From an uncultured virus (IMG/VR IMGVR_UViG_3300010157_000035) (Duplodnaviria > Heunggongvirae > Uroviricota > Caudoviricetes): a stretch of DNA of 64,000 nucleotides. The notes beneath the pieces are model-generated. The model ran no database searches. It worked only from the letters and a program-made list of their open reading frames with translations, and was not told where the DNA came from. The stretch covers positions 62,001-126,000 of IMG/VR virus record IMGVR_UViG_3300010157_000035; one strand, written 5' to 3'. Positions 47,765 to 56,726 of this stretch are shown piece after piece (the stretch's first letter is position 1; each line of letters starts with the position of its first letter). A program made the translations under genes and the position numbers.

Positions 47765-47902
47765 TCACTTTTGATTAAATTCTTTTTTGCTGATTTTGTC
47801 TTTGGTCCATTCTGCGCTGCCGGACAGATCTTTACCAAGACCCGACACGGTGTTACACGCGGTCAATAGACCAATCATTGCAATGACAATTAAAGATTTC
47901 AT
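47765..47902 (-). CDS. Entericidin EcnA/B-like lipoprotein (45 aa)
   Basis: Not in the ORF track. Reads MKSLIVIAMIGLLTA-CNTVSGLGKDLSGSAEW. Confidence 0.75.
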   Translation of the reverse strand: MKSLIVIAMIGLLTACNTVSGLGKDLSGSAEWTKDKISKKEFNQK

Positions 47903-48027
47903 TGTGCTGCCTCTTTGGTTACTTGTTGAACTTTGGATACACCGTTATCAAACATCCGAGCAATGCCCGAAAATCCCACGGTGCAGAGAACGATACCAAA
48001 AATGGCACCAATGATAAATGTTTTCAT
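47899..48027 (-). CDS. Small membrane protein (42 aa)
   Basis: MKTFIIGAIFGIVLCTVGFSGIAR...; ATGA overlaps at both ends. Confidence 0.6.
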   Translation of the reverse strand: MKTFIIGAIFGIVLCTVGFSGIARMFDNGVSKVQQVTKEAAQ

Positions 48028-48677
48028 TCGGAAACTCCTAACACTTTGACACGGTTGAGTTGAGTGGCCAGGTTATTGTGTCGCTTCACCGTGCCACGAA
48101 TAGTTGTGTGAGTATCGGGTTCGATTGACTCACGATACGAAAAGTAAACTGAATGATTGTTGTCAGTAATGGCTGTGATAAACCAAGTATTAAATTTTTC
48201 ACTGTAGCTGCTGCGAACCACTTCTACTGTGAGCTCAACCTTGTCACCTACCTTGCCAACCAGGCCATCACAACGAGCAAGTCTAGCATCTACTGATTCT
48301 TTTCTTAATTGTCTAGCATAACCGTGCGGCATGGCTGTGATCACACTCATATCGTAACGGCTGGTAATCTCATCCAAACTGCACACTCGAGCAGTTATCC
48401 TAGCCCATTCGTTTAGTTCGGTTCGCAAGGCCTGCAAGGTAACAGCCGAGGCCAAGTGTCGACGACAGTCCACACCCATAGTACGATCAGCATCAGTAAT
48501 CATACTGGCGTCAGACAAAGCTCGCTCAACAATAACACGATTGGGTGAACGCACAACCTGATCACCGATCATTTCGGGTTGCTTATAGTAACCGTTGTTG
48601 ATACGGAAGGCAGTGCAAGCCGCAGCCCAGAGCAAGTTGGCATCAACTGCGGCCATTGTATCGCGATTCGCTTTCAT
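48024..48677 (-). CDS. Hypothetical protein with an OB-fold-like C-terminus
   Basis: GKVGDKVEL...IRGTVKRH...TQLNRVK. Confidence 0.6.
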   Translation of the reverse strand: MKANRDTMAAVDANLLWAAACTAFRINNGYYKQPEMIGDQVVRSPNRVIVERALSDASMITDADRTMGVDCRRHLASAVTLQALRTELNEWARITARVCSLDEITSRYDMSVITAMPHGYARQLRKESVDARLARCDGLVGKVGDKVELTVEVVRSSYSEKFNTWFITAITDNNHSVYFSYRESIEPDTHTTIRGTVKRHNNLATQLNRVKVLGVSE

Positions 48678-48838
48678 GCCATTTCCTTTGCGGTGTTCAT
48701 AAAAAATTTCAATGCCTGACGAACTTTGGGATCTAATGTACGATAGTTCTCGACCATGTGCTCAATTGCCTCTAGATCTTCTAAATCTTGTTGCACAGCA
48801 TAGGCTTCCATGATTTCGCAGGCTTGATCTATGTTCAT
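48674..48838 (-). CDS. Small hypothetical protein (54 aa)
   Basis: Not in the ORF track. Reads MNIDQACEIMEAY...; fills the gap exactly with an ATGA overlap. Confidence 0.6.
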   Translation of the reverse strand: MNIDQACEIMEAYAVQQDLEDLEAIEHMVENYRTLDPKVRQALKFFMNTAKEMA

Positions 48839-48839
48839 T

Positions 48840-49028
48840 TTATTTCTTAAATGAAACGCCAGTTGTGCCGCCTACAACACCGCCTAGGACCAGTGACGCC
48901 ATCCAGGTATCAAATGTCACGGGTATTGCCAAGGCAGGAAACAAGGTATTCAAGGACCAAATGGTTGCAATTGGTGCAAGTATAATAAGCAATATCACAA
49001 ATGCCACGATAAGAAAAACTTTATTCAT
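48840..49028 (-). CDS. Small membrane protein
   Basis: Two hydrophobic segments; IWSLNTLFP. Confidence 0.6.
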   Translation of the reverse strand: MNKVFLIVAFVILLIILAPIATIWSLNTLFPALAIPVTFDTWMASLVLGGVVGGTTGVSFKK

Positions 49029-49040
49029 ATGTTACTCCAA

Positions 49041-49388
49041 TTAATCTAAACGGCTACCAGCGTAGGCTGTGAACCCGTATTTCTTAAACACTTGAGCGGC
49101 TGCTTCTGCACCGGCTTCCAGTGTGTCCACGTTCTGAACATACATGCCTGCTGGATTCCAAATTTGGAAAGCACCGGTATGGCTCTTGCTGACACCGGCT
49201 TCTTTGAAAGCCCGGCCTAATTTGGTATTGCCTTTGACACCAAAAATGTCAACCCAAGCAAAGCCACAAGCAAACTGATCACGGCCGCCTAGTTTATCTT
49301 GGAAGAATCGTTCAGCGGCTTCACGAGCGGCTGACTTGGCTTCGGCTACAATTGCATCTACTTTGATACCGTTAACTGTAACTGACAT
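49041..49388 (-). CDS. Early hypothetical protein
   Basis: Start MSVTVNG after AGGAG; CGFAWV...AYAGSRLD. Confidence 0.65.
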   Translation of the reverse strand: MSVTVNGIKVDAIVAEAKSAAREAAERFFQDKLGGRDQFACGFAWVDIFGVKGNTKLGRAFKEAGVSKSHTGAFQIWNPAGMYVQNVDTLEAGAEAAAQVFKKYGFTAYAGSRLD

Positions 49389-49452
49389 CTTGAACTCCTT
49401 TTTAGTTTCTATACAAGTATTATACAAAAATGGGTGTTTCTGGTCAACCGTT

Positions 49453-49728
49453 TTATGCGGCTTCCAACATGTTGGCCGGCACCTTCCACAAGCCAGATGG
49501 AGTGCGAACTGTGACAAACTTGATGGCAATTTTGGTCACATCACCTACCATGACCTTGCCGGTACGGCTTGATGTAAACTTGACCATTTGACCCGGCTTG
49601 ATTGAATTCTTCACGTCCTTGGTCAATCGGGCACGGTTAAACTTGACAGCATCGATCATGCTACTCAGTTCTACATTGGTCCAATTACCGAACATGATTG
49701 CTTGGTTGACTTCTTGAATGGTTTTCAT
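49453..49728 (-). CDS. Early hypothetical protein with an SH3-like C-terminus
   Basis: Start MKTIQEVN after the cassette RBS; PGQMVKF...WKVPANML. Confidence 0.65.
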   Translation of the reverse strand: MKTIQEVNQAIMFGNWTNVELSSMIDAVKFNRARLTKDVKNSIKPGQMVKFTSSRTGKVMVGDVTKIAIKFVTVRTPSGLWKVPANMLEAA

Positions 49729-49783
49729 TCTGGGCTCCTTTTTAGTTTCTATACAAGTATTATAGCAAATCGGGCATTTCTGG

Positions 49784-50011
49784 TCAACCACCCTTTTTTA
49801 GGGCAAAAAACACAGCATCTACGCTGTTGCGAAAATACAACACCAGCTGCGTGTCTAAGCGACCTTTTTTGCGCCATTCTCTATCGTCGAGTAACCTATA
49901 GAACCAACGACGGTCTGCTTGAGTACCACCGGGGCCAAACAGTTTGGTAGCCTGTTCAACGTCATCATTGCTCAATGTCCAAGCGCCACAGTTGATCCTG
50001 GTGGTTTTCAT
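49784..50011 (-). CDS. Hypothetical protein (F..DA..F.LK paralog family)
   Basis: Ends LYFRNSVDAVFFALK. Confidence 0.55.
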   Translation of the reverse strand: MKTTRINCGAWTLSNDDVEQATKLFGPGGTQADRRWFYRLLDDREWRKKGRLDTQLVLYFRNSVDAVFFALKKGG

Positions 50012-50481
50012 GCAGGTACTTCTTCCTTCACTGCTTCAAGTGCTTCTGCCAATGGTGTTAACTTATTGCTTAAGGCCGTTGAGCCATAAGTGTCACCCAC
50101 ATACCATGTACCATCTTTCATCACATAGTAAAACTCAGCACCGCAACCCTTGGTACGGTCCAAAAAGTCTTCAAATGAATGATCTACTGACCAAGTGCAT
50201 TCTGTTTCGCCGCGATCGCGATCGTAAAAGGTACACATGTTGCCATAGCGTTGTTCATAGTCGCTACCAGCCTCAGCATCCAAGCAACTGAAAGGATGCT
50301 TTACACCAATCTCAGGGCGTAGGCTACTCAAGTCGCCTAGGGCAACCAGTTGGTTGGCTTTGCTTGAGTCATAATGCTCTTGCAAAATAGCACCATTGTG
50401 TTCCAGATAGCCGTCCCAATGACAGTAGACAGACTTTGCGATTGGACCATGCATGACTGCGATACGTGAACGAGTTCCCAT
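50008..50481 (-). CDS. Hypothetical phage protein
   Basis: MGTRSRI...VYCHWDGY...EFYY...W. Confidence 0.65.
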   Translation of the reverse strand: MGTRSRIAVMHGPIAKSVYCHWDGYLEHNGAILQEHYDSSKANQLVALGDLSSLRPEIGVKHPFSCLDAEAGSDYEQRYGNMCTFYDRDRGETECTWSVDHSFEDFLDRTKGCGAEFYYVMKDGTWYVGDTYGSTALSNKLTPLAEALEAVKEEVPA

Positions 50482-50490
50482 TTTTATTCC

Positions 50491-50736
50491 TTAGAAGTAA
50501 AAGGCAGAGGTAAAATTACAACGACTATAAACGATTTCACGCACTTCAGTGTCCATGGCTTCACCATAGATCTCAGGGTTAGACTCGCTTAGGATTCCTA
50601 ATATTTGATATGTTTCGGGCCAAGTCAATTCTGCAGTCTTGGCAAAGTTTACCAAGTCACCAATTGCGGCATTGCCGCGATCTGTGAACATACCATAATC
50701 TCTTACTGCAATCATTTCTGACTCCTTGTGTATCAA
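50491..50736 (-). CDS. Hypothetical protein
   Basis: YGMFT..GN...DTEVRE. Confidence 0.55.
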   Translation of the reverse strand: MIHKESEMIAVRDYGMFTDRGNAAIGDLVNFAKTAELTWPETYQILGILSESNPEIYGEAMDTEVREIVYSRCNFTSAFYF

Positions 50737-50739
50737 TTA

Positions 50740-50988
50740 TTAACCTATTACTACCACACGACGGACTTCTGTCTTGTAGTCGCCTGTTTCTTCGTCATAG
50801 ACATCCTCATCGTCTGTGACCAGTTTGTCCATACGGTGATAGTCGCTGAACTCCACAATGCCCTCAGACACTTGGTTAACCGCAGGGGCTACTTCGGTGC
50901 GCCAGTGGTCGCCATAGTTGTAGCTGAAATGCACTTCGGCATCAGGGTTCATATAGCCCAGGGATTCAATAAGTTCTCGAACTTTCAT
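50740..50988 (-). CDS. Hypothetical protein
   Basis: Start reassigned to MKVRELIESL. Confidence 0.6.
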   Translation of the reverse strand: MKVRELIESLGYMNPDAEVHFSYNYGDHWRTEVAPAVNQVSEGIVEFSDYHRMDKLVTDDEDVYDEETGDYKTEVRRVVVIG

Positions 50989-50989
50989 A

Positions 50990-51262
50990 TTACATGCTCC
51001 AATAAGATTCGCTTGCGGGTGAGCAGAAGTAAGGCGTATCATAACGCTCTTGGAATTCTTTACCACCTATTAGGTTTTGCTTGGTGACAAAAGTTTCAAA
51101 CACTTCAACAACAAAACCCAAACCGCGTTTAGCATCGGCCGCGGCATTGATGTAGTCCTTGGTGCTAGGTGCAAAATCCTGCTTGGCATACAAACGACGA
51201 CCTGCTTTGACACGTCGATCAGTTCGGTAAATTTCTAATGTGTATTCTTTTAGTTGGGACAT
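50990..51262 (-). CDS. Hypothetical protein
   Basis: Follows the cassette RBS; ends TPYFCSPASESYWSM. Confidence 0.65.
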   Translation of the reverse strand: MSQLKEYTLEIYRTDRRVKAGRRLYAKQDFAPSTKDYINAAADAKRGLGFVVEVFETFVTKQNLIGGKEFQERYDTPYFCSPASESYWSM

Positions 51263-51328
51263 TTTTCTGCTCCTTTTTAGTTTCTATACAAGTATTATAA
51301 CCGAAATGGCTTTTTTGGTCAACCTAAA

Positions 51329-51655
51329 TCAATGTGTATTTAGAGCTGGCGCATATTCGCGAATCAGCTCGCGCTCACGTGCATGGGCTGGCTTGCGACC
51401 GCGGACTTTTTCAACAAATTCAACAGTATGCATCTCAGCACCATATTCACGGATACTGTTGCATAAAGCCCACACTTTTTCTTCAGTTACTGCACGGCGA
51501 ACGTGCTTCTAAAAACGCACTTTTAGGGCCCGTTTTATGCTACCTGAGCACACGGTAATACCAATGTAGTAATCGCCTGTGACCAAGTTGGTTATGGTGT
51601 AGACAGCATGGTTGCTGTCTTGACGGCGTTTTCGGGTTTGCTTTTTAACTTCCAT
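51329..51655 (-). pseudogene. GIY-YIG nuclease gene interrupted by one in-frame TAG
   Basis: AVYTITNLVTGDYYIG...VRF*KHVRRA...ERELI...LN; TAG at 51509-51511; not in the ORF track. Confidence 0.75.
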
Positions 51656-51727
51656 ACAAGTATTATAGCAAATGGAGTATTTTGAGTCAACCGAATTGTG
51701 GCCACTGAGTTAGTGGGCACTGACCAC

Positions 51728-51755
51728 AAAAAACCCTACAAAAAGTAGGGTTTTT
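51728..51755. terminator. Bidirectional intrinsic terminator
   Basis: AAAAAA-CCCTAC-AAAAA-GTAGGG-TTTTT downstream of ahpD. Confidence 0.8.
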
Positions 51756-51778
51756 GGGTGTTGTTTTTACACAACAGA

Positions 51779-52285
51779 TCAGCTGTTTAGCACTCGAGCC
51801 ACTGAATTCATAACTGACGCGATACGGCCAATGTCACGAAGTTGTTCCACAGTATAGCCTTCTTGCTTCAATGTTTCATAGTGTGCTTTTACACAGAAAT
51901 GACACTTGCCCACAATGCTTGCGGCCAAACTAAATGCTTCAAAATTGCTTTTGGTTGTGCCGCCATGATTAGCAATAGCGTTCATACGTAAACCTGCTGG
52001 CAAACCTTTTAATGCAGGATCATCGGCCATCTCAACATAGGGGTACCAAACGTTGTTTTGGGACATGATGCTGGCCGCTGTCATTGCTGACTCGGCATAT
52101 ACCGGAGAATCTGCCAAAATTACTGATAGGATTTTACCATTGCCAGTTGCGGCCAGTGCGGCCACAGCACAACCCATGGCCACATCTGCATCTAATGTGC
52201 TACGAAGTAATACTGCATCCAGATTCAATTTTGTATCTTTGGCATAGTCTGGCAAAGCACCTTTTACTGATTCAATAAAACTCAT
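51779..52285 (-). CDS. ahpD: Alkylhydroperoxidase reductase AhpD
   Basis: LPDYAKD.KLNL, MSQNNVWY, LRMN, C-H-F-C..AH. Confidence 0.9.
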   Translation of the reverse strand: MSFIESVKGALPDYAKDTKLNLDAVLLRSTLDADVAMGCAVAALAATGNGKILSVILADSPVYAESAMTAASIMSQNNVWYPYVEMADDPALKGLPAGLRMNAIANHGGTTKSNFEAFSLAASIVGKCHFCVKAHYETLKQEGYTVEQLRDIGRIASVMNSVARVLNS

Positions 52286-52307
52286 TTTGTTTTCCTTTTA
52301 ATGTTAT

Positions 52308-52577
52308 TCATTCATCAACTCCGAAATGTTCTCTAATCTCTACAGCACAATCCTGCCTACCTGACCTAGCATCAATGTTATCTTCGCCATCTACATCTTG
52401 ACAAATAGAAACACATTCTCGCACAATCAACTCGGCGAACTTTTCCAAATCAATAGACGCATACATCTTATCACCAAGTTGTGGATAGACATTGTCTGAC
52501 CATTCAACTCTGCCCCAATTACCAATAGTTGCAACAGGACTTACCTGTTCAGCAAGTTCGTTTATTCGTTTGTTCAT
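52308..52577 (-). CDS. Small hypothetical protein
   Basis: MNKRINELAEQ...LEKFAELIVREC...IREHFGVDE. Confidence 0.65.
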   Translation of the reverse strand: MNKRINELAEQVSPVATIGNWGRVEWSDNVYPQLGDKMYASIDLEKFAELIVRECVSICQDVDGEDNIDARSGRQDCAVEIREHFGVDE

Positions 52578-53482
52578 TCTTCAACTCCGAAATGTTTCTT
52601 GTTTAGTATAACACAATCAGCAGGTGTAGTCAAATCAGACTTAACCAAGTTTTCTATAGTTCTTCTAGACAACCCAGTTTTTAATCTGGCTTCTGACATT
52701 GATGAATAAACTACACCATCGATTTCAATAGATTTGGCATTGTGTGGAAGTCTTCCATACATAGGATTTTTTGATCCTAGTTTTGACTCAACTTTTAACG
52801 CACTTTTCTTTTCTATTTTACCTTTATACCATCCTTCGGGGATGTTATCTAGATTATTACAGACAGAATTAGTTGTTCCGTTTGTGATAAAAAATAATCC
52901 AAACATTGGATTAAGTTCGCCCGGTTGGCTAGATTTTTCTTTCTGATAATCTGCCTGTCCCCAGTAAAATCCTTCCGGAAGAATATTATGTTTTATTTGG
53001 TATGACACATTCCCATCAGTAATCCACTTCTTCCCCTTGTTGCCGGCACCGTGCTTCTTAATGGTAAGAGGTGAAAATCCCGGATAAAATCCTTCAGGAA
53101 TACTATCACCTGCGAATATCGCTTTGTCAACAACTCCATTGGTAACTGGAATCTTTCCGAGGTGTAAGTTACTCATTCGTTCGGCTAAAAGTTTTTTAGT
53201 AGAATCATAAATCTTACTACCGTTCTTACCAGACATCAATACTAACGCAAATGCCATTTTACCTCTAGACTCACCTTCAGTCATTCTTACTAAAAGTTTA
53301 TGACAGATAAAATGTTCTCTAGCAGTTAAGTTAACTAGATTACCAGAAGAATTATCCCCGCCCATCGAACGAGGAATAATATGATGAGTTTCTTTGTAAT
53401 GGTCTTTTGATAGCACTCTTGATCTAGCAGTTTCTATTATAGAAAAGTAGATACGAGTGTATCGGTTGGTGATAAATATCAT
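52574..53482 (-). mobile_element. Free-standing HNH homing endonuclease
   Basis: ETHHIIPRSMGG...NLV.LTAREHFICH; repeated (W/F)IT(D/N)G...IPEG(F/W)Y.G DNA-binding modules; NPMYG; own late promoter; visibly AT-rich. Confidence 0.85.
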
Positions 53483-53566
53483 TGCTGATTGCTCCTTTGT
53501 AGCATTAGAGTAGTTGGGGATTGCCGTCCCGTGAACTACACTATTATTTATCACCAATCCTTCCAT

Positions 53567-54112
53567 TTACTTGCCTAGTGTTTCTTGACCCACTTGTCTA
53601 TTACACTGACACAATTCTCCAGTTTGGCAAGAATCCAATACACGAAGTGTTTCTTCTGGTGAGCGACCCACATTCAAGTTGTTGACTGTAACGTGTTGGA
53701 TCGTGTTGTCTGGGTCAACAATAAATGTTGCACGAAGTGCGGCACCTGCTGGCGCATAGAATACACCCAGTTGTTCAATCAAGCTCAACTCACCACGCTG
53801 TGTGTCTGCGAACTGCATGTGGGTAATTTTCTTTAGATCGGCGTGTGCCGTTTGCCATGCCACTTTGCAGAACTCATTGTCTGTGCTACCTGTAAGCAAT
53901 ACTGCGTCACGGTCAGCAAAGTCACTGGCTAGTTTATCGTAGGCTACGATTTCTGTAGGACATACAAATGTAAAGTCCTTTGGATAGTAAACGATTACTT
54001 TCCACTTGCCAGCAAAGCTCTCGTCTGTGATTTCGAAGAATGCATCTTCTGGTTGTCCTGGCTTAACACCTGTTACAGCGAATTTTTCTAATTTATCACC
54101 AACTGTTTTCAT
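53567..54112 (-). CDS. ahpC: Peroxiredoxin AhpC
   Basis: YYPKDFTFVCPTE, RATFIVDP, GRS, GELC. Confidence 0.95.
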   Translation of the reverse strand: MKTVGDKLEKFAVTGVKPGQPEDAFFEITDESFAGKWKVIVYYPKDFTFVCPTEIVAYDKLASDFADRDAVLLTGSTDNEFCKVAWQTAHADLKKITHMQFADTQRGELSLIEQLGVFYAPAGAALRATFIVDPDNTIQHVTVNNLNVGRSPEETLRVLDSCQTGELCQCNRQVGQETLGK

Positions 54113-54357
54113 AATATTTCCTTTAAAGTTTGTTTGATATCTTGATGTTTGACGACAATAAAATTCTTTACTTCGCCATTGATTCGGATTGGTAAATCCA
54201 AGTGAATAGTTATTTCTGGGCCAGCAGGACTGACTACGCGATCGTTTCCAACTGTTCCTACAAAAGGAATGTCGTTGAATCGACCAAATACTCTATCGCC
54301 GATTTGATATGTTGATTGGTAACCTATGCGGTTGAAATAATCAGTTTGATTGCCCAT
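54109..54357 (-). CDS. Hypothetical protein
   Basis: IGDRVFG...IPFVGTVG...HLDLP. Confidence 0.6.
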   Translation of the reverse strand: MGNQTDYFNRIGYQSTYQIGDRVFGRFNDIPFVGTVGNDRVVSPAGPEITIHLDLPIRINGEVKNFIVVKHQDIKQTLKEIL

Positions 54358-54384
54358 AATAACTCCTGCAAGTAAGTAATTATA

Positions 54385-55557
54385 CTAGTTTTTCTGGAAG
54401 ATGTAAATTCCTTCTGACTTGTAAGCCTTCTCAAGTTTGCCGTTTCCGACCCCTGGGCGCACATTTAAAATCATGTCCACAGTTTCTACGTGTCGAAATC
54501 CTACAGATTCAGCCAATCGAATCCAGCGGTCAACAATTTTAAACTCTTGCTTGCCGTTCTTATAATCAGCGATGTTCACAGCATATAGACTGTCTGCGGC
54601 CAAAGCCTTATGTGTCATTGCAACAGTCTTGGCCACGTAGTCATCAAACCATTCATCTAAGGTGGTATAACGATTCATACACTGAGTAGGCTCGTCCGTG
54701 TAAGTTTCCAAATTGAAGTAAGGTGGACTTGAAAATGCTGCATCATAAAAACCCGGTTCAGGCTCAAATTCTTCGCTAGGAACACAATGCATCCGATATC
54801 CGGCACCATGCCCTTGTTCGTCTAGTAATGCACCCAGGGCTTCAAGTCCTTGAAAGGTTCTGGTGTTGGGATCTAAACCCGTATAGTGATAACGTAGATT
54901 GCTGGTCATTGAGCCAAACATGCGTCCGCCATAGCCTGAACTAAAGTCCAACAAGTTGCCACGGAACACAGGGCAAATGTGTTCCCATACTGCACGAGCA
55001 TTCATGGGCTTGAAGTTTTGTATAGTGCCACCATTGACTAGTTCCAATGCTCTGCGTATGTTTTTGGGTATGACTGTGTCTTCACCTTCATCTCTGTGAA
55101 CATAGGCCAACTTAATGGCACGTTTGAGTTTGTTATCGTGATTGAATCTAGCACGAATGCTCACTGTGGCATTGTCGTTCCACTTGGCGTCCTGCATGTT
55201 AGGAAACCAAAAGCGACCAAAAGCTAGACCTTCGTTGTTGCCCACACCCAGTTGACTGTTTCTAACTGATTTGGTTTTGGTTGCCAAGTCATTGACCTGA
55301 GCACGACATCCATCTAGGCTGTAGTAAGTAATAGGAACTATGCCCACTGATCTATAGATGTCAAATACTTCTTGTTGGATAGATTCTTTGCCAGCATCGT
55401 CAGCCTTGGTCCATACATCTTTGCCCAAGGCGCGAAGTCTCGGCATAACCGGTTCGTAGCCCGTGCAGACATCAACAGTAGGTGTGTATCCCCACTCGTC
55501 ACATAGTTGTTGGTAGTATTGATCAATCAAACTGTCTTGGTCCACTGGCTTGTTCAT
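54385..55557 (-). CDS. Amino (N4-C/N6-A) DNA methyltransferase
   Basis: LLDFSSGYGGR (motif I) precedes FSSPPYF (motif IV). Confidence 0.8.
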   Translation of the reverse strand: MNKPVDQDSLIDQYYQQLCDEWGYTPTVDVCTGYEPVMPRLRALGKDVWTKADDAGKESIQQEVFDIYRSVGIVPITYYSLDGCRAQVNDLATKTKSVRNSQLGVGNNEGLAFGRFWFPNMQDAKWNDNATVSIRARFNHDNKLKRAIKLAYVHRDEGEDTVIPKNIRRALELVNGGTIQNFKPMNARAVWEHICPVFRGNLLDFSSGYGGRMFGSMTSNLRYHYTGLDPNTRTFQGLEALGALLDEQGHGAGYRMHCVPSEEFEPEPGFYDAAFSSPPYFNLETYTDEPTQCMNRYTTLDEWFDDYVAKTVAMTHKALAADSLYAVNIADYKNGKQEFKIVDRWIRLAESVGFRHVETVDMILNVRPGVGNGKLEKAYKSEGIYIFQKN

Positions 55558-56167
55558 ATGGAAGTTGGATGCCTCGATATGCTGTTTCATATTTACGATG
55601 CGGAATTGCTTGTGCTGTAATCAGATCTTTGATTCTAAAACGACCTTGAACCCTGCGTTGTCGTTTACTGTCAATCTTGGCATCAATTTGACAAAGTCCT
55701 TGACCGTAAGTTTCATAAATTTCCTTGCGTTTTTGTTTCCACAGCTTCCTATGCGCTCGTTGTCCTTCTGGTCCGTGCGGCACACTCTTAACATATTCAA
55801 CAAATTGTTCAACAGTTTCTTTGTTAACATTGGCCCATAACAGATTGTAATGAGCAGGAGTGACGTCAAATTCGTAGATGCAGGTATAGCGTTTGACTGT
55901 GGGCGTTATCTGTTGCCATACACCAACCACCATAGTAAATTCCGTGTCTCGACAATGGTCAATAAATCTAAGTATATTAGCACAGCCAATGTCTCGGCCT
56001 TTGCTGACTTTGATACTGTAATTGACGTCGCTCTCAATGCCTTTGACCACATCCATAGTGGCAAAGTAGGCATGAGTTAATCGGGTTTGATATTCGGCTT
56101 TGCTCAGGCCAGTGATAGATCTGACTACACTGTCCTCAAATACCACACCATGGCTTTGAACTTCCAT
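55523..56167 (-). CDS. Putative PD-(D/E)xK restriction endonuclease-like protein
   Basis: QSHG..FE...MD.V...YSIK arrangement; overlaps the methyltransferase gene. Confidence 0.55.
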   Translation of the reverse strand: MEVQSHGVVFEDSVVRSITGLSKAEYQTRLTHAYFATMDVVKGIESDVNYSIKVSKGRDIGCANILRFIDHCRDTEFTMVVGVWQQITPTVKRYTCIYEFDVTPAHYNLLWANVNKETVEQFVEYVKSVPHGPEGQRAHRKLWKQKRKEIYETYGQGLCQIDAKIDSKRQRRVQGRFRIKDLITAQAIPHRKYETAYRGIQLPYEQASGPRQFD

Positions 56168-56168
56168 G

Positions 56169-56726
56169 TTAAATCACCAAGTGTTTAAAGTAATCAAAAT
56201 GTCGTTCCAAGGTCCAAGTAGTTGGATCTACTGCTGTTCCGTCGTGTGTTTGATACGTAGCCTCAAATACATTAGTGTATCGACGAAACGGCAACCACAT
56301 GTCTGGAGTCTTGCTGGCCCATCCAGCATCTTTCAGTGCCATGTGTTTGGCACGACTTAAAACTACAGTAGGAGCATTAAGAGCTTGATCCACAGTGATA
56401 CAGTCAGCTAACAACAGATCGCGAATACGGGCCGCTGGTATCAAGTGTTCAAAGTCACAGTCTTCATCGGCACCAATTTCGTGATAGTGTGCTTTCATAC
56501 CATCACGTTGTTGAATACAGTATTCGTGATATCTACGTAGGTTATCATCAATGTCGTTGCGTATTTCTCGTAACTCTTGCTGGTTATTTTCCACGCCGTG
56601 GTACTCTTCTACTAACCTAGTGAGATTTCTACGGCAACGAGCAGCTACTGTACGATATGTTTCAGGACTGCGTTGAGTCTTACCATAGATTGGTGCTGTG
56701 AATTGGTCCAAGGATTCTTTAAGCAT
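56169..56726 (-). CDS. Hypothetical protein with an HNH-like EH..P motif
   Basis: DFEHLIPA...VVLSRAKH..L...RRY. Confidence 0.5.
   Translation of the reverse strand: MLKESLDQFTAPIYGKTQRSPETYRTVAARCRRNLTRLVEEYHGVENNQQELREIRNDIDDNLRRYHEYCIQQRDGMKAHYHEIGADEDCDFEHLIPAARIRDLLLADCITVDQALNAPTVVLSRAKHMALKDAGWASKTPDMWLPFRRYTNVFEATYQTHDGTAVDPTTWTLERHFDYFKHLVI

Larger units (their letters stand above)
49395..51322 (-). promoter_or_regulatory. Three copies of a promoter/RBS cassette
   Basis: Identical 30-mer TATAATACTTGTATAGAAACTAAAAAGGAG at 49395-49424, 49735-49764 and 51270-51299, each with TTGACC 17 nt upstream; partial copy at 51654-51690. Confidence 0.9.

Noticed and set aside
48001..48011. Apparent frameshift in the 47899-48027 gene
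   Set aside because: The first printed block of line 48001 has 11 letters, while the supplied ORF coordinates fit 10, so I treated it as a display artefact.
49395..51299. CRISPR array
   Set aside because: The 30-nt repeats are 340 and 1535 bp apart, contain promoter and RBS elements, and enclose whole genes. No cas gene is evident.
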